64,000 nt of DNA from Eledone cirrhosa (GCA_964016885.1 OZ024740.1:126046001-126110000); one strand, 5' to 3'; positions 1 to 15,629 are shown, counted from the first letter of the stretch. The notes: generated by a model not told the origin, from the sequence alone. A program made the numbers and translations.

Positions 1-1354
1 ATAACAATTTTATCAATGTTCTCAACTGAACACCATGTGGTAAAAATTCATTCTCGTTACCCGTGTTAATTTGATTATATACTTTAAATAAGAAAGGAAG
101 ATGTTAGTTAGACTAATGTAACCCATATAAAACCACATGAATATCAAGCTAATATTTCAATCTTCTTGAAATATCAGCTAAATGTTCCTCAAATTAGTAT
201 TTACTATCTTATAACAAATACAATATTCGTAACTTGCTCAAGATGAAATTATGATTGCGATTACATTAGGTTGTTCATGAATAAGCTAGCTTCATCCTGA
301 TCGATTTTGAACAGAAAAACGAGAATAGTAACTAAATGAATAGGGGAGTTTTCAGTGGTAGTTGAAGCTTTCTAATGGGACAAGTGGTCAAAATAATTTC
401 CAGTTTTCTTTAAGAGAAACATTATATATTTTGAATCGGTTCTCTCTGCCAATATGAAAAGACCAAGGATTACTTCAAGGAACTCAACAGTATCTGCCAA
501 TTTATTTCAAGTTTGATAGATTTACGTTTGATTCTAATAATAATACGGTGATATAAAATGGCGCCTGCTGTCCATCCATAAGTGACATGGTTAGTTATGC
601 GCATTATTAAAAACTTGAACTTGGAGACGTCACTGTCATTTACAACAGTAGGCTGCATAATTCTTCAATGGAACATGAAAAGCTGAATTAATGAGATACG
701 CTTGGAGATCTTCCAACAAAATCAAAATATACTAGATTCGGAAACATGTTCGGAAGTAGGTAAGACATATCCCATTATATTTCTATACTTTTTCTTCTGA
801 AAACACGAACAGATATATAAATGTATAGCTATACATTCAGAGTGGATACGATTTTGAAATGAATATTAATGTAGCAATAGATAGTATTATAGAGAGATAT
901 ATCTAAGCAACTACAATACAATATATAGAAATAGCGATATATTTTGATATATTGTAACGACTCCCGTTCACCTATATTAATAGTGTCCTTCAGTTACGCG
1001 CTAGCTAACATCCTACATTTCTGTCTGTCTATCAAGTTTGAGTCGACTTTTATAAGATAAAAAGTATATTTATGTGAGAGAAAATTGAAGTATCGTCTTT
1101 ATGTAGGCTAATTCACGTTTATGTAAAGTAGATATATATAACAAAAAGTGATGAGACAATTTATGAGTTAGTTGTGCTCAACGTAGTCCATGGAGTTGTT
1201 TAACATCTTGGTGATAAGGGGATGCATTACCCATTACCGAGTATGGTGCATAGGTTTCAAAGAGTATTCCACGGAGTAATATAATATAAACAGAGACACT
1301 ATTGTATAATAAATGTTTCTTCGAACCAAAACAATTATTGCCTAGCTTTTAATG

Positions 1355-1634
<280 letters not shown>

Positions 1635-1690
1635 GCTCTGTATTATACATAGAACACTCTTTTTTCCTTTGCTTTTTCTTCGGAATTACT

Positions 1691-1945
<255 letters not shown>

Positions 1946-2051
1946 TCTGTACAACAATCTCATATGTATGTATTACTCCCTCTGATCACTATCCAACAAC
2001 TCTGGCACAGATTCTCTTAATTCAACTCAACACCAATTCCCCTTGTACCGT

Positions 2052-5000
2052 AACATAAACCATATACCAATCATAAACAATATACTAATCATAAACAATA
2101 TACCAATCATAAACAATATACCAATCATAAACAATATACCAATCATAAACAATATACTAATCATAAACAATATACCAATCATCAACAATATACCAATCAT
2201 AAACAATAAACTAATCATAAACAATATACCAATCATAAACAATATACCAATCATAAACAATATACGATAGCATAAACAATATACCAATCATAAACAATAT
2301 ACCAATCATAAACAATATACCATAGCATAAACAATATATCATAGCATAAACAATATACCAATCATAAACAATATACCAATCATAAACAATATACCAATCA
2401 TAAACAATATACCATAGCATAAACAATATATCATAGCATAAACAATATACCAATCATAAACAATATACCAATCATAAACAATATATCATAGTATAAACAA
2501 TATATCATACCACAAACAATATACCAATCATAAACAATATACGATAGCATAAAAAATATACCAATCATAAACAATATACGATAGCATAAACAATATATCA
2601 TAGCATAAGCAATATACCAATCATAAACAATATACCAATCATAAACAATATACCATAGCATAAACAATATATCATAGCATAAACAATATACCAATCATAA
2701 ACAATATACCAATCATAAACAATATACGATAGCATAAACAATATACCAATCATAAACAATATACCCATCATAAACAATATACCACTCATAAACAATATAC
2801 CAATCATAAACAATATATTATAGCATAAACAATATACCAATCATAAACAATATACCAATCATAAACAATATACCATAGCATAAACAATATATCATAGCAT
2901 AAACAATATACCAATCATAAACAATATACCAATCATAAACAATATACCAATCATAAACAATATACCATAGCATAAACAATATATCATAGCGTAAACAATA
3001 TACCAATCATAAACAATATACCAATCATAAACAATATATCATAGCATAAACAATATATCATAGCATAAACAATATACCAATCATAAACAATATACCAATC
3101 ATAAACAATATACCAATCATAAACAATATACCATAGCATAAACAATATATCATAGCATAAACAATATACCAATCATAAACAATATACCAATCATAAACAA
3201 TATACCATAGCATAAACAATATATCATAGCATAAACAATATACCAATCATAAACAATATACCAATCATAAACAATATACCAATAATAAACAATATACCAT
3301 AGCATAAACAATATATCATAGCATAAACAATATACCAAGCATAAACAATATACCAATCATAAACAATATACGATAGCATAAACAATATATCATAGCATAA
3401 ACAATATACCAATCATAAACAATATACCAATCATAAACAATATACCAAGCATAAACAATATACCAATCATAAACAATATACCATAGCATAAACATTATAT
3501 CATAGCATAAACAATATACCAATTATAAACAATATACCAATCATAAACAATATACCAATCATAAACAATATACCAATCATAAACAATATACCAATCATAA
3601 ACAATATACCATAGCATAAACAATATATCATAGCATGAACAATATACCAATCATAAACAATATACCAATCATAAACAATATACCATAGCATAAACAATAT
3701 ATCATAGCATAAACAATATACCAATCATAAACAATATACCAATCATAAACAATATATCATAGTATAAACAATATATCATACCACAAACAATATACCAATC
3801 ATAAACAATATACGATAGCATAAAAAATATACCAATCATAAACAATATACGATAGCATAAACAATATATCATAGCATAAGCAATATACCAATCATAAACA
3901 ATATACCAATCATAAACAATATACCATAGCATAAACAATATATCATAGCATAAACAATATACCAATCATAAACAATATACCAATCATAAACAATATACGA
4001 TAGCATAAACAATATACCAATCATAAACAATATACCAATCATAAACAATATACCACTCATAAACAATATACCAATCATAAACAATATATCATAGCATAAA
4101 CAATATACCAATCATAAACAATATACCAATCATAAACAATATACCATAGCATAAACAATATATCATAGCATAAACAATATACCAATCATAAACAATATAC
4201 CAATCATAAACAATATACCAATCATAAACAATATACCATAGCATAAACAATATATCATAGCATAAACAATATACCAATCATAAACAATATACCAATCATA
4301 AACAATATACCATAGCATAAACAATATATCATAGCATAAACAATATACCAATCATAAACAATATACCAATCATAAACAATATACCAATCATAAACAATAT
4401 ACCATAGCATAAACAATATATCATAGCATAAACAATATACCAATCATAAACAATATACCAATCATAAACAATATACCATAGCATAAACAATATATCATAG
4501 CATAAACAATATACCAATCATAAACAATATACCAATCATAAACAATATACCAATAATAAACAATATACCATAGCATAAACAATATATCATAGCATAAACA
4601 ATATACCAATCATAAACAATATACCAATCATAAACAATATACGATAGCATAAACAATATATCATAGCATAAACAATATACCAATCATAAACAATATACCA
4701 ATCATAAACAATATACCAAGCATAAACAATATACCAATCATAAACAATATACCATAGCATAAACATTATATCATAGCATAAACAATATACCAATCATAAA
4801 CAATATACCAATCATAAACAATATACCAATCATAAACAATATACCAATCATAAACAATATACCAATCATAAACAATATACCATAGCATAAACAATATATC
4901 ATAGCATGAACAATATACCAATCATAAACAATATACCAATCATAAACAATATACCATAGCATAAACAATATATCATAGCATAAACAATATACCAATCATA

Positions 5001-5585
5001 AACAATATACCAATCATAAACAATATACCAATCATAAACAATATACCATAGCATAAACAATATATCATAGCATAAACAATATACCAATCATAAACAATAT
5101 ACCAATCATAAACAATATACCATAGCATAAACAATATATCATAGCATAAACAATATACCAATCATAAACAATATACCAATCATAAACAATATACCAATCA
5201 TAAACAATATACCAATCATAAACAATATACCATAGCATAAACAATATATCATAGCATAAACAATATACCAAGCATAAACAATATACCAATCATAAACAAT
5301 ATACCATAGCATAAACATTATATCATAGCATAAACAATATACCAATCATAAACAATATACAAATCATAAACAATATACCAATCATAAACAATATACCAAT
5401 CATAAACAATATACCATAGCATAAACAATATATCATAGCATGAACAATATACCAATCATAAACAATATACCAATCATAAACAATATACCATTCATAAACA
5501 ATATACCATAGCATAAACAATATATCATAGCATAAACAATATACCAAGCATAAACAATATACCATAGCATAAACAATATACCAAT
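2052..5585. repeat. Minisatellite of 18-bp (CAATCATAAACAATATAC) and 19-bp (CATAGCATAAACAATATAC/T) units
   Basis: Direct tandem units. Rare variants recur at a 1271-bp offset. Confidence 0.97.
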
Positions 5586-6100
5586 TAATTCAACAGACAC
5601 AATAATGTTTATATTAAGATTTGTATATACTTCCCATATTGACAGGCGCAGCTGGGTTGTAAGTGGTTTGACTGGTGGTTGTAAAATCAGTCAGCTGAAG
5701 TGTAGGTGACATGGTGTTACTTAACTCGACAGAAGGTGATCTCCGACTTGCCCTTCATATATATATTTCGTTTTTGTATTTGATTTGCAAGAATTTTGGA
5801 TTTTTGATGTAAAATATGTGTTGAAGCAGTTATTTTTATACTTTGGTTGGGTCATTCTGCCAGTAAAAATACACGCAACCAGTTGAGTTTTGCTTTAGAT
5901 TATAGTTATAATTTCCCGTCAGTTAGTTTAATAAGCGGATGGTTGTTTAGTTGTTGATTGCAACAAAAATAATCAATGAAGAAGTCACAAAAGTAGCCAC
6001 TGAAGAGGTCACAAAAGTAGTCACTGAAGAGAGAGAAAGAGAGAGAGAGAGAGATAGTGAATGTGTGTGTGTGCGTGTGTGTATGGGTGTGTGTGTATGT

Positions 6101-6144
<44 letters not shown>

Positions 6145-6174
6145 TTGTTTCTCTATTCTGTCTCAAATAGTTGC

Positions 6175-6257
<83 letters not shown>

Positions 6258-6402
6258 AAAGTTATATTTAAATTGCTGGGTTACAACTAGTAAATATTTA
6301 TAACTGATATAAAAGCACTCGACAAGTATTTGGAGTATATTAAATATAAGTCGATGTTGAACGGTATGTCAAATCTATTTATCTATAAAACTGTCTATAT
6401 TG

Positions 6403-6468
6403 TATTTTGTCTGAGGAAGGCATAGCATATTGTTAATATGATATCCCTGAAATATATATAATGAAATA
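6403..6468 (+). ncRNA. Minimal type I hammerhead ribozyme in a short TA-flanked insert (about 6256-6510)
   Basis: TATTTTGT-CTGAGGA-AGG..CATATT GTT AATATG..CCT-GAAA-TATATA-TA-ATGAAATA. Stems I, II and a palindromic stem III are present. Confidence 0.8.
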
Positions 6469-6508
6469 AATATGGTTTTATAAATATAGTTTCCATTTAT
6501 TTAATATC

Positions 6509-6544
<36 letters not shown>

Positions 6545-7320
6545 GTGCTTTGTTTAGTGGAGCAGCTACTGTACTTCACATTTTAAAATTATTGTTCTAT
6601 AAGAGCTGTCACTGAGCTGAAGCTTTGATTGGATAGCCAGTTGGTGGTCTTATGTCCGTTTCGTTTTAGCCCAGACCAATAAGTAGATTTCTTATTTTGG
6701 AGAGATGCTTCAGGTTTACAAATCGATCTACATGCTGAATTTCACCTACTCTATGCCATATTTCATGGTCTATATCAACTGCAAACAACCGTGGAACTTC
6801 CACGGGCTCTGGTAGATAAGCATCATTTGCATTAGAAGCAAATTAAAGAAAGTCTGATATGCTGAATTCAAAATATTTTCTGGATACTTATTTTGCTCAG
6901 GATTGAACATGTACTTTCCTTTATCCAGTTGTCATATTTATACCTACTAACATGAGTGCTATCTTCCCCAACAGCCATTATCACTACAAAATGTTATATC
7001 ACAGACATATGCGTGTCTGACAACTATAGTCACATTACTATGACTTCACATCAACCATTTATGGTTATGTTATTTAATATGCCTTTTGTCTACAGTAAAC
7101 GACTTCTGACTCAGACATTCTTATTGGTGGTCACTCCTCTGATATCGGGCTTAACTTGACAGCTAGTTTTACTCATTGCATAATGATAAACCAGAAAGAA
7201 CTACACACGTGTATAACATATAGTGACATAGTTTAAGGAAAGTGTGGCAGACATAAGCAGTCAAATAAGAAAATAAGCGAAGTACATGATGTATATTGTG
7301 TATATATCGTATATATCAGT

Positions 7321-10292
7321 CAATCATATTTGTGGCCTCCCCACAGCCCCGGCGGCCAAATGGAGAAGACGTTTCTCCGAAGGACGGCAAGCGAGACGCG
7401 CTGGACAAGCCATTATAACTCGCGAGGCTCACACCTGCGGCTGGCCAGCTCAGCGCCTATGGTGGTGAGTAGAGAGGTAGCCCTAGGGCCGAGGACACCA
7501 GAAGTTTCCACTGACAAGTGTACAACCGCAAACCTGTCGGAGAGCGACCGGTATTTGAAGAGTTTAGCCTCTTCAGTCCGATGTGCAGCAGAACCTGGGT
7601 TAGTCACAGACTGCACCAGGTTGCGGTTAGAGAAAGTGTCAGTGCAAGTGGTATCCCAGACGAGGGGTTTGCCACCGCAGAACGGGAATTTGGACATGCC
7701 ATCTGGCTTTTTGCCGTTCCCTCGGTCCAGCCCCACAGGCTCGAGCTGGGAAGGGAAGCCTGCAGTGTCTAAGCTATGCTTTATGACATCGTTGAGGGCA
7801 GCATGGCGTGGAAGCCGACCGGCACTGTGGTGACAGGATAGCGGGTGGAGGCCGAAAGAGTCCATGGTGGACCCACAGCGACATACGTGTGGCTCGCAGA
7901 TCCGGAGGTCAAGGCACAAGGAAACGCCGATGCGCAGGCTATTGTTATCCAGCTGCGTGCCAGTGGAGATGGAGGGAAAGGCATGGAGCCAGGCACCACT
8001 GTGGGGTTTGGAGGCCGCACGAAAACAGGCAAGGCGGTGCTGGTCGAGCTGGCGCGTGAGCCTGTCTGAAGCCAGTATGCACTGGATGGCATCCCAAATG
8101 CTCTGGGGGCACTTGGCGTCAGCAGGGGGAAGAAGGAGGAGGGACATCTACTGGGTTAAGTCCCAGCTGGTCACAAGTCTCTGAGGCGGCCTCACGTTCC
8201 CTGATCACAGAGGGTTCCATTGTGTTTTGGAGAACCCTGCTGATGAGGACGTGGTATGAGGTTACCGATGACAGAAACGCCGGCAAAGCCAGTGAGATCG
8301 GGAACCGGAGGCTAAGACTGCCATACTTGACAGGTATAGTGGCATGTTGCCATCCAATGTCGTCAAACCTGACGTTGCATATCTGCTCGGCTGCTGCTCG
8401 GATACAATTATCGAGGTCAGTGAGGAGCGATGCGTGGGTGTAGCACGAAGCACTGCGAAGGGTATAGAGGCGCTTCGGCATGGTGAAGCAGTCCCTTAAC
8501 AGAAAGAGATCTAGGTGGCCGTCGATCAAGCCCAGTCGGCTCGTGAGGGTCTGGAGTTGTTGGAGCCTGGACCTGATGGTGGAGCGGATGGCCGGCGGGT
8601 GGATCAGTGCCCCAAGGATGAGGACATCCTCTTTGGGGGTCAACTGTACCTGGTGGAGATTGGACCGCACGTCCGAGACGGAGGCTGCAAAGCTCTTAGC
8701 ATCGTGGCTGACATTCACTACCTCCGACACAGACGAGTTTACCTGGAAGCCGATTCCCGCCAGGGCAGGAAACACCAATGGTAGGTCATGGCAGACAGTA
8801 TCTACGGGCTCGCCCAACGAAGTATCATCCAAATACCAAACGTTGAGTGGGACCGTGATACTCCGGGAAATGTGGTCTATGTCAAGGGCAAACCGAGGGG
8901 TCCCAAAGGGTCGCCCTGTCGGACCCCAGCGACCGAAGGTATGACCGTATCAACAGCAAGGAGCTCCATACGACAGGTAGCACAGCGAGTAGGCAGAGGG
9001 GGCTCGACTGAGGCAAGCATCGAGCAGATGGTCCCGGCGTATGCAGTTAAAGGCATTCCTCATGTCCTATGGGCAGCTGTTGAAGAACTGCCTGGTTGCA
9101 TGTGCGGCCTCCTCACAGCCACCGGACACGCCGACACCCAGTTGCACTGGACTGAACTCCTCACCCAGTTCAGGTGTTATGGACCTGCAGACCCCCTAGG
9201 CAGCCAACTTGCGGAAGACATTGCCCACAGCGATGTGGCGTATGTCACCCTCTTTCTTCCTGAGAGCGGTCAGGCTAGCTGAAAAAAAGAGGCCTCAGGC
9301 GTGAGGGTCCGGGGCGCCATGGATAAGCCTATTGGTGAGTGCCACAATTGCACTCAAAAGGCGGCGCGTGTCCTCAGCGGAGAAGGGGGATAGCAACCTC
9401 TTCAGGTGGCCTGGTCACAGATCATCAGCACCTCCCCTGCTGCTAGCTGTGAAGGACTTGGTGGCGGACATGATGTCTGCATCGGAAGCCACAAGGGGTA
9501 AGTGGGAATTTGGTGGTGGTATGTGTCTGAGGTCAGCTGGTGACTCAGGGTGCTTGAGCCGCAGGGTAACCAGGACCTCCTCGGTGGGTTGGAGGACAGT
9601 GCCTTCTGAGGCAACCACTCTGACTGCGACTGAGACATCACCCATGATTAATTTGGTATTTACGCGGTCACGCAAAGGCTTGGCGCTGGCCACAGGGGTG
9701 GAGGATTGAGGGCTCCCGAGAGTGGGGTGTGTGGCGTCCTTAAATACGCCTGGAATGGGCGCTTGTCCAAAGGACAAAACTTGGCCTTGACAAAGGCTGC
9801 TGTCGACCGGCCGCCTCGGTAAGCGCCAGAGCTGGGGAGGCCGAGGGCGAGTGGGACGAAATAGAAGAGTCGCTCCCAGTCGCTGGTTTGATTGGAGTCC
9901 AGGGCACTCTCAATCGTGGAAGCGAGGGCATCCGCTACCGGTACCCGGGCCGCTCTCGGGATCCTGAGTGGGATATTCCGGAGCAGCCTGAGCCGAGCGA
10001 TGTTGAAGAGCGAGGCTTAGGCGTCAGGCAAGCTCGCTGTCTCATGTGGTGGTGTGCCAGACGGCCGTGGCTGGGCAGACGAGGGGAAGAGACAGTTTCT
10101 GCATCTCCACGCTGCACGGGCATTGGAGGCTCGACGCATCAAGCCAATACAGGTCAGGTGGTGGAAGCAGCCACACCCCGAACAGTTCCGACTCCTGTTC
10201 CGTGTGTTCGTTGTGCTGCAAATGTTGCAGGTGTCGACTGGTGGGGATGGAGGATGGGGCGTGGGGCCGGGTACTGGGTCACCAAGCGGCAT
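7321..10292 (-). mobile_element. Degenerate CRE-clade (RLE) non-LTR retrotransposon: PHD finger, reverse transcriptase, CCHC knuckle, restriction-like endonuclease
   Basis: Minus-strand motifs: IRHIAVGNVFRKLAA (about 9210-9250), PVQLGVGVSGGCE, DMRNAFN, GVRQGDPLGP, WYLDD (about 8825), CRCG..H.LSC, RHAALND, KPDG, WDTTC, and C-terminal WLVQRVSLAV. Several stops and frameshifts. GC-rich relative to the flanks. Confidence 0.88.
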
Positions 10293-10989
10293 CAGGGGTG
10301 AGTGGCTGGGTGTCACTATCCTAGGTGCTAGGCACAACCGTGTATGGGTGGAAGGGAGTATCAGAAAATGACCTGGCACATATATGTACACTTATTAACA
10401 TGCCTTTTCACATACTCAGACACACACACGAAGAGACACACCTGTACGTACACACACATAAGCACATGTACATATAGGAAATGTACAGAAATCCAAACAC
10501 ACTCCTTCACCTATCCCTTCACATAAACGTGCACACACAAATACATGCACACATACAAATTCACACACGCACACTCACATACACACACGCACTCTTACAT
10601 ATACATCATTAAATAAGTTTGCACGTGCACCAATATGCCAAACACATGGTATGTACACATGGTGAGCTCTGAAAGACCAGCTTGTTTATAAGAGAGATTA
10701 TAAGAATATAAGAGAATGGAACTGGTAAAGGAAAACTAACAGAACCAATGAACAAACGATTTAATAGAAACCCCGACTTTGAGGTTGACTGCTGTAAAAT
10801 GTCTCCCTTAGTTTTGTCATCATAACAACAAGTCCACGTCATTTGTTGGGTCCACTTCACTGACTTCAACACATGTTGAAGGGCGGGGCATCTGTTTGCT
10901 ACGAAGCCTTTTGATCTTGTCGTGGTGAAATATTTAATAGCTGGCTATAAACATTTATAGCTTCTCAACCTTTCACATGATGACCGTTA

Positions 10990-10993
<4 letters not shown>

Positions 10994-11087
<94 letters not shown>

Positions 11088-11652
11088 CACACACACACAC
11101 ACACACACATACACACACTCATATATACACCAACACACACCAAAAAAACCAACACACACTCTCATACATATATATATATATATATATATATGTGTGTATG
11201 TGTATACACCTGTACATAAGCAAACATATATATACTCATACACATCTAGAGCAGAGGTGCATATACATGAACACGAAAGTGCATCCTATACATTTTCGTT
11301 GAAACACACATGTGTTTATATATGCTTGCACACACACACAGACACACACACACACACGCACAAACACACACACATAATATATATATACATATATATATAT
11401 ATATATGCGTATAAAACAATTTCATAAGTATAAGGGAGGAATGCACAATGATTTTAAAGCCGGTCTGTAACAATCAGTTATAGATATTCGCATATAAACT
11501 TAACAAACCAAAACACTGAACAACTAACCAACCAACCAACCAACCAACCAGCCAGCCAACTAACCAACCAAAAATACTGACTGATATAATTACATATAAA
11601 TCAATCCAGAATACTTAAATAACACACACATACACACACACACGCGCACACA

Positions 11653-11686
<34 letters not shown>

Positions 11687-11808
11687 ACTTATACATATGT
11701 ATGTTTGAGTGAATATATATGCGAGTGTGTAAGCATATATATATATATATTCATTCACGTGTACTTATATATGTATATATGTGTATATGAGCATATATGT
11801 ATGTATGC

Positions 11809-11890
<82 letters not shown>

Positions 11891-11897
11891 GTATATA

Positions 11898-11952
<55 letters not shown>

Positions 11953-11990
11953 TCATACACACGTATGCATATATGTGTGTGTGTGTCAGC
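10994..11990. repeat. Compound (CA)n/(TA)n/(AACC)n/(TG)n microsatellite cluster
   Basis: Direct. Confidence 0.9.
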
Positions 11991-13076
11991 CATAATCACG
12001 TACTCAAATATCCACATGTATATATAGCTGGCTCTGACGTTGTTACAACAGTTATGACAGTCATATAGCAACGCTGAAATAAATATATAGCTACCCATAG
12101 ACGAGTAACTTCATTCGACATATTCTTACACTAACACACACAAATATGTAATAAAATCATTTCGAAGCGTATTGGTATTCATAAACCGAAAAAAAAAAAG
12201 AGAAAGAAAAAAATCAATATGAAGATAGGCACCACTGTTTGAACAAACTCTCAGGTAGAACTCATGCAACAAACTCATAAATGCTTATAATTATAGATCT
12301 AGCGTATTATATAAATTTGAATCTGTGCATAAAAAACGGAGAAACGAAGCAGCAGTCATAAATTGGTTGAAATGTATCGGTAACAAAGATAAATGAAACT
12401 CTACCTATTCATGAACAAGGTCCTACTTCTACAAACTATACTATTGACTACTAATCTAACAGGTTAAGATTGGAGGGTCGCAACGAGCCAAATAAATATA
12501 TATGCGACGTTTCCGTTATGAGGGAAAATGCTTTGTATGGTATATCAGGATTATTATTCATAATTGGATTGAGAACATTGACACTATAAAGTTGTCGTTA
12601 TTCTTGCTCCTCAGAAGTAATACAAGGTTCGAATCCTGAATGGGAAATTTTCCTTCTTTCTTATTGTTCCTTACATCCAAGTCAACATTTATTATTTCAA
12701 GAAAATCTATGATCAAAATAATTGCAGGCGTGACCAGCCTGCCAGATGTTTCAGATATAGCGTATAGAGGAAAATGTTTTTCATTGTGCTTTTCTTATTT
12801 GGTGATAGGAACATCTCAGTTTTATCTGAAGCCACCTCCACTTAAAGGATTGATATGCCAATATAGACTTTTCTATAGATATTTCTAGTACTTAGTTTAA
12901 AGGAGGAGTAAAATATATGAGATTAAATATATATTAGAATTTAGCTTCGGAATTGCTGTATACATACATGTATCTGAATTTCACATATCTAAAGATATAA
13001 GGTATGTTTGATAAATAAACATTTTGAAAGCCCGCTATGAATATTGAAAGGTTGACGGCCAGCGCCGTCTAGCGGA

Positions 13077-13166
13077 TTCCAGCAGAAGCAGCGAGGGACA
13101 GCTGTCTATGTGCATTTCGAGCTACTGGCTATCATCAGGAACGGACTTCCCTGCTCTCTGCTGGAA
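13077..13166 (-). ncRNA. Type I hammerhead ribozyme with extended, bulged stem I
   Basis: Minus strand: TTCCAGCAGAGAGCAGGGAAGTCCGTTC-CTGATGA-TAGCCAGTAGCTC-GAAA-TGCACA-TA-GACAGCTGTCCCTCGCTGCTTCTGCTGGAA. The distal 10 bp pair perfectly. Confidence 0.72.
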
Positions 13167-13559
13167 CTGAACACATTTAATCAATAAATTGGTTTAATAC
13201 ATCTAAAGACATGTTCTTCATACATCTACTCTATAAATCTATTCTATACGTCTGCTCTGTACATATACAGTATACGATATCTACTCTATATCTGTGCTAT
13301 GAATCTACTCCATATATTCACACTATACCACTGCTCTATGTATCCACTCTATATATCTACAGTGTGCATCTGTTCTATTCATCTACTCTCTATATCAACT
13401 CTATAATATACTCTATATGTCTGCTTTACGACACTGTATTACATAAAACCACTCCAAGAAAAAGAAAGAAAGAAGCAAAGCAAAACAGAAAATAGTATCT
13501 GAAATCTGTCACTAACTCAATATTTCAAATATATATAATATTTATTTTATAAACTTGTT

Positions 13560-14030
13560 TTGAAGCAAGAACAACAATAACAACAATAGCTTGCAACATC
13601 GTGAACAACAAGAGAAGCAAACATAACAATAAGATTATCAACACTGATAACAAAAAAAAAAACAAGAAAAAAACACAAAACCAAATAACAAAACAAAAAC
13701 AACAGTGATAACATAAACAACAACAAACATGATGTCGAAGAGAACGATGAAGATGGCGTCGCCGTAGACCACAACGAAAGCCAATGAATGACATTACATA
13801 ACAAGCAAAAATAACAATAACAATATACAAATACACACACACGCACACATATATATATATACATATATATACAAAGCAAACTGAAGATAAAAAAACATAG
13901 CAACAACAACAGCAGCAGAATTAGAAGCATTAAAAGCAACAACAGTAACAACAACAAAACAATTATTACAACAAATATAACTAATACAACAAAAACACCA
14001 GCAGCAGCAGCTACAACAACAAAAACAAGA
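13560..14030. repeat. Degenerate (CAA)n/(CAG)n low-complexity tract
   Basis: Direct. Confidence 0.8.
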
Positions 14031-14371
14031 GGATATTTTATGAGAAGCTAAGAAACGAGTTCGATTAATGTTGATATAAGTTGGGAAAGCATCGAAGCGG
14101 AAACGATTCTAGATTGACAACGTGTTTATCTGTCTTGTATGGTTGTAAGAAGTAATGGCTTATGGAAGTGAGGTGGGCTTATTGAGATTTTAGTGTTGGT
14201 TGTGGTGGGGTTGATTATAGTGATGAGTGTGGTGGTGGTGGTGGTGGTGGTGATCGTGATACAGGCAGCTAGTGATTGTTATGTTTATCGTAGTAGTGGA
14301 CGATAATATGAGTAGATGAACATTAGAATGGCTTAAATCTCCCTCACTGTGTCTTTCTGTCTACCTAGCTG

Positions 14372-14420
14372 TCAATCTATCTATATACCTATCTATCTAT
14401 TTATCTATCTGTCTATCTCT

Positions 14421-14510
<90 letters not shown>

Positions 14511-14519
14511 GTCTGTCTA
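14372..14519. repeat. (CTAT)n microsatellite
   Basis: Direct. Confidence 0.95.
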
Positions 14520-14939
14520 CAAAGAAATGTTTTCATTATAGACATCTGAAGACACGAACATAGACATAGTTTGATACATTGGCACATACATACACACCCT
14601 CATACACGCACACACGCACGTGCACACGCACACACACACACACGCGCACACGCGCACACACACATACACACACACATATATATATATAATATGTATATAA
14701 TAATAAACTGATGAAGGTAAATAGATGGAAATTACACATATGTAGTGTGTGTGCTTGCAACTGTATCCATATGTGTATGCGTATAGTGATTTGTATGTAT
14801 ATATATATAGAGAGAGATATGTTTCTTTATTAGCCACAGGGGCACAAACGAAGGGGACAAATACAAAGGGGGAAGTTTACATACAATAAAAACGTGTAAA
14901 ATGTTATCACAAATGCAATTTAAAAATATATATATATAT

Positions 14940-14974
<35 letters not shown>

Positions 14975-15141
14975 TGCATAAAGAGGGAATGTGCGAAGGC
15001 AAGAGTAAAATATATTTTTTCATTTATTTACACAAATATACGCACACATGCCCATGTCTGTATATATATATATATATGTGTATGCTTATAGTAAATAAAT
15101 ACACACTCGTGCACACACATACATTTGTGTGCATATATGTT

Positions 15142-15217
<76 letters not shown>

Positions 15218-15261
15218 CGTTTGTGCATATATTTATGTTTATTTATATATAAATGCATATA

Positions 15262-15308
<47 letters not shown>

Positions 15309-15321
15309 ATGTGTGTGTACA

Positions 15322-15625
15322 CGAACAGGAACAGGACGTCACTGTGAGGTGTTAAAGGTCCCATCTAGACAATGGAGCAGATATTGCAATAGCCTGGGGT
15401 TCAAAGGCGCTCAACCCTTTAATAAGCTGCCAAGAAAATTGAGAGATCTGCATGGTGTGACGTGGATGTTTTCAAGAAACATCTTGAAACTCTGCTCTCC
15501 AGGACCCCAGATTAACCCACAGCATGGACTGAAGGTCTGCACCTACGGTTTCCCTCCTACATCAAAGGCCAGCCAACGAAGGCTGGATATGGAAGGTGTA
15601 GCAACAAAGGCGGTTCCCCACCATG
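15322..15625 (+). mobile_element. 3' end fragment of a CR1-group LINE ORF2
   Basis: RTGRHC..YCNSLGFKGAQPFNKLPRKLRDLHGV followed by a frameshifted VDVFKKHL, typical of the CR1-group C-terminus. Confidence 0.6.
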
Positions 15626-15629
15626 GCCT

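Noticed and set aside
2052-5585. CRISPR-like array or repeat-protein ORFs in the minisatellite
   Set aside because: There are no unique spacers, and the ORFs are translations of the repeat unit.
14708-14735. CTGATGA...GAAA hammerhead candidate
   Set aside because: No credible stem I, II or III.
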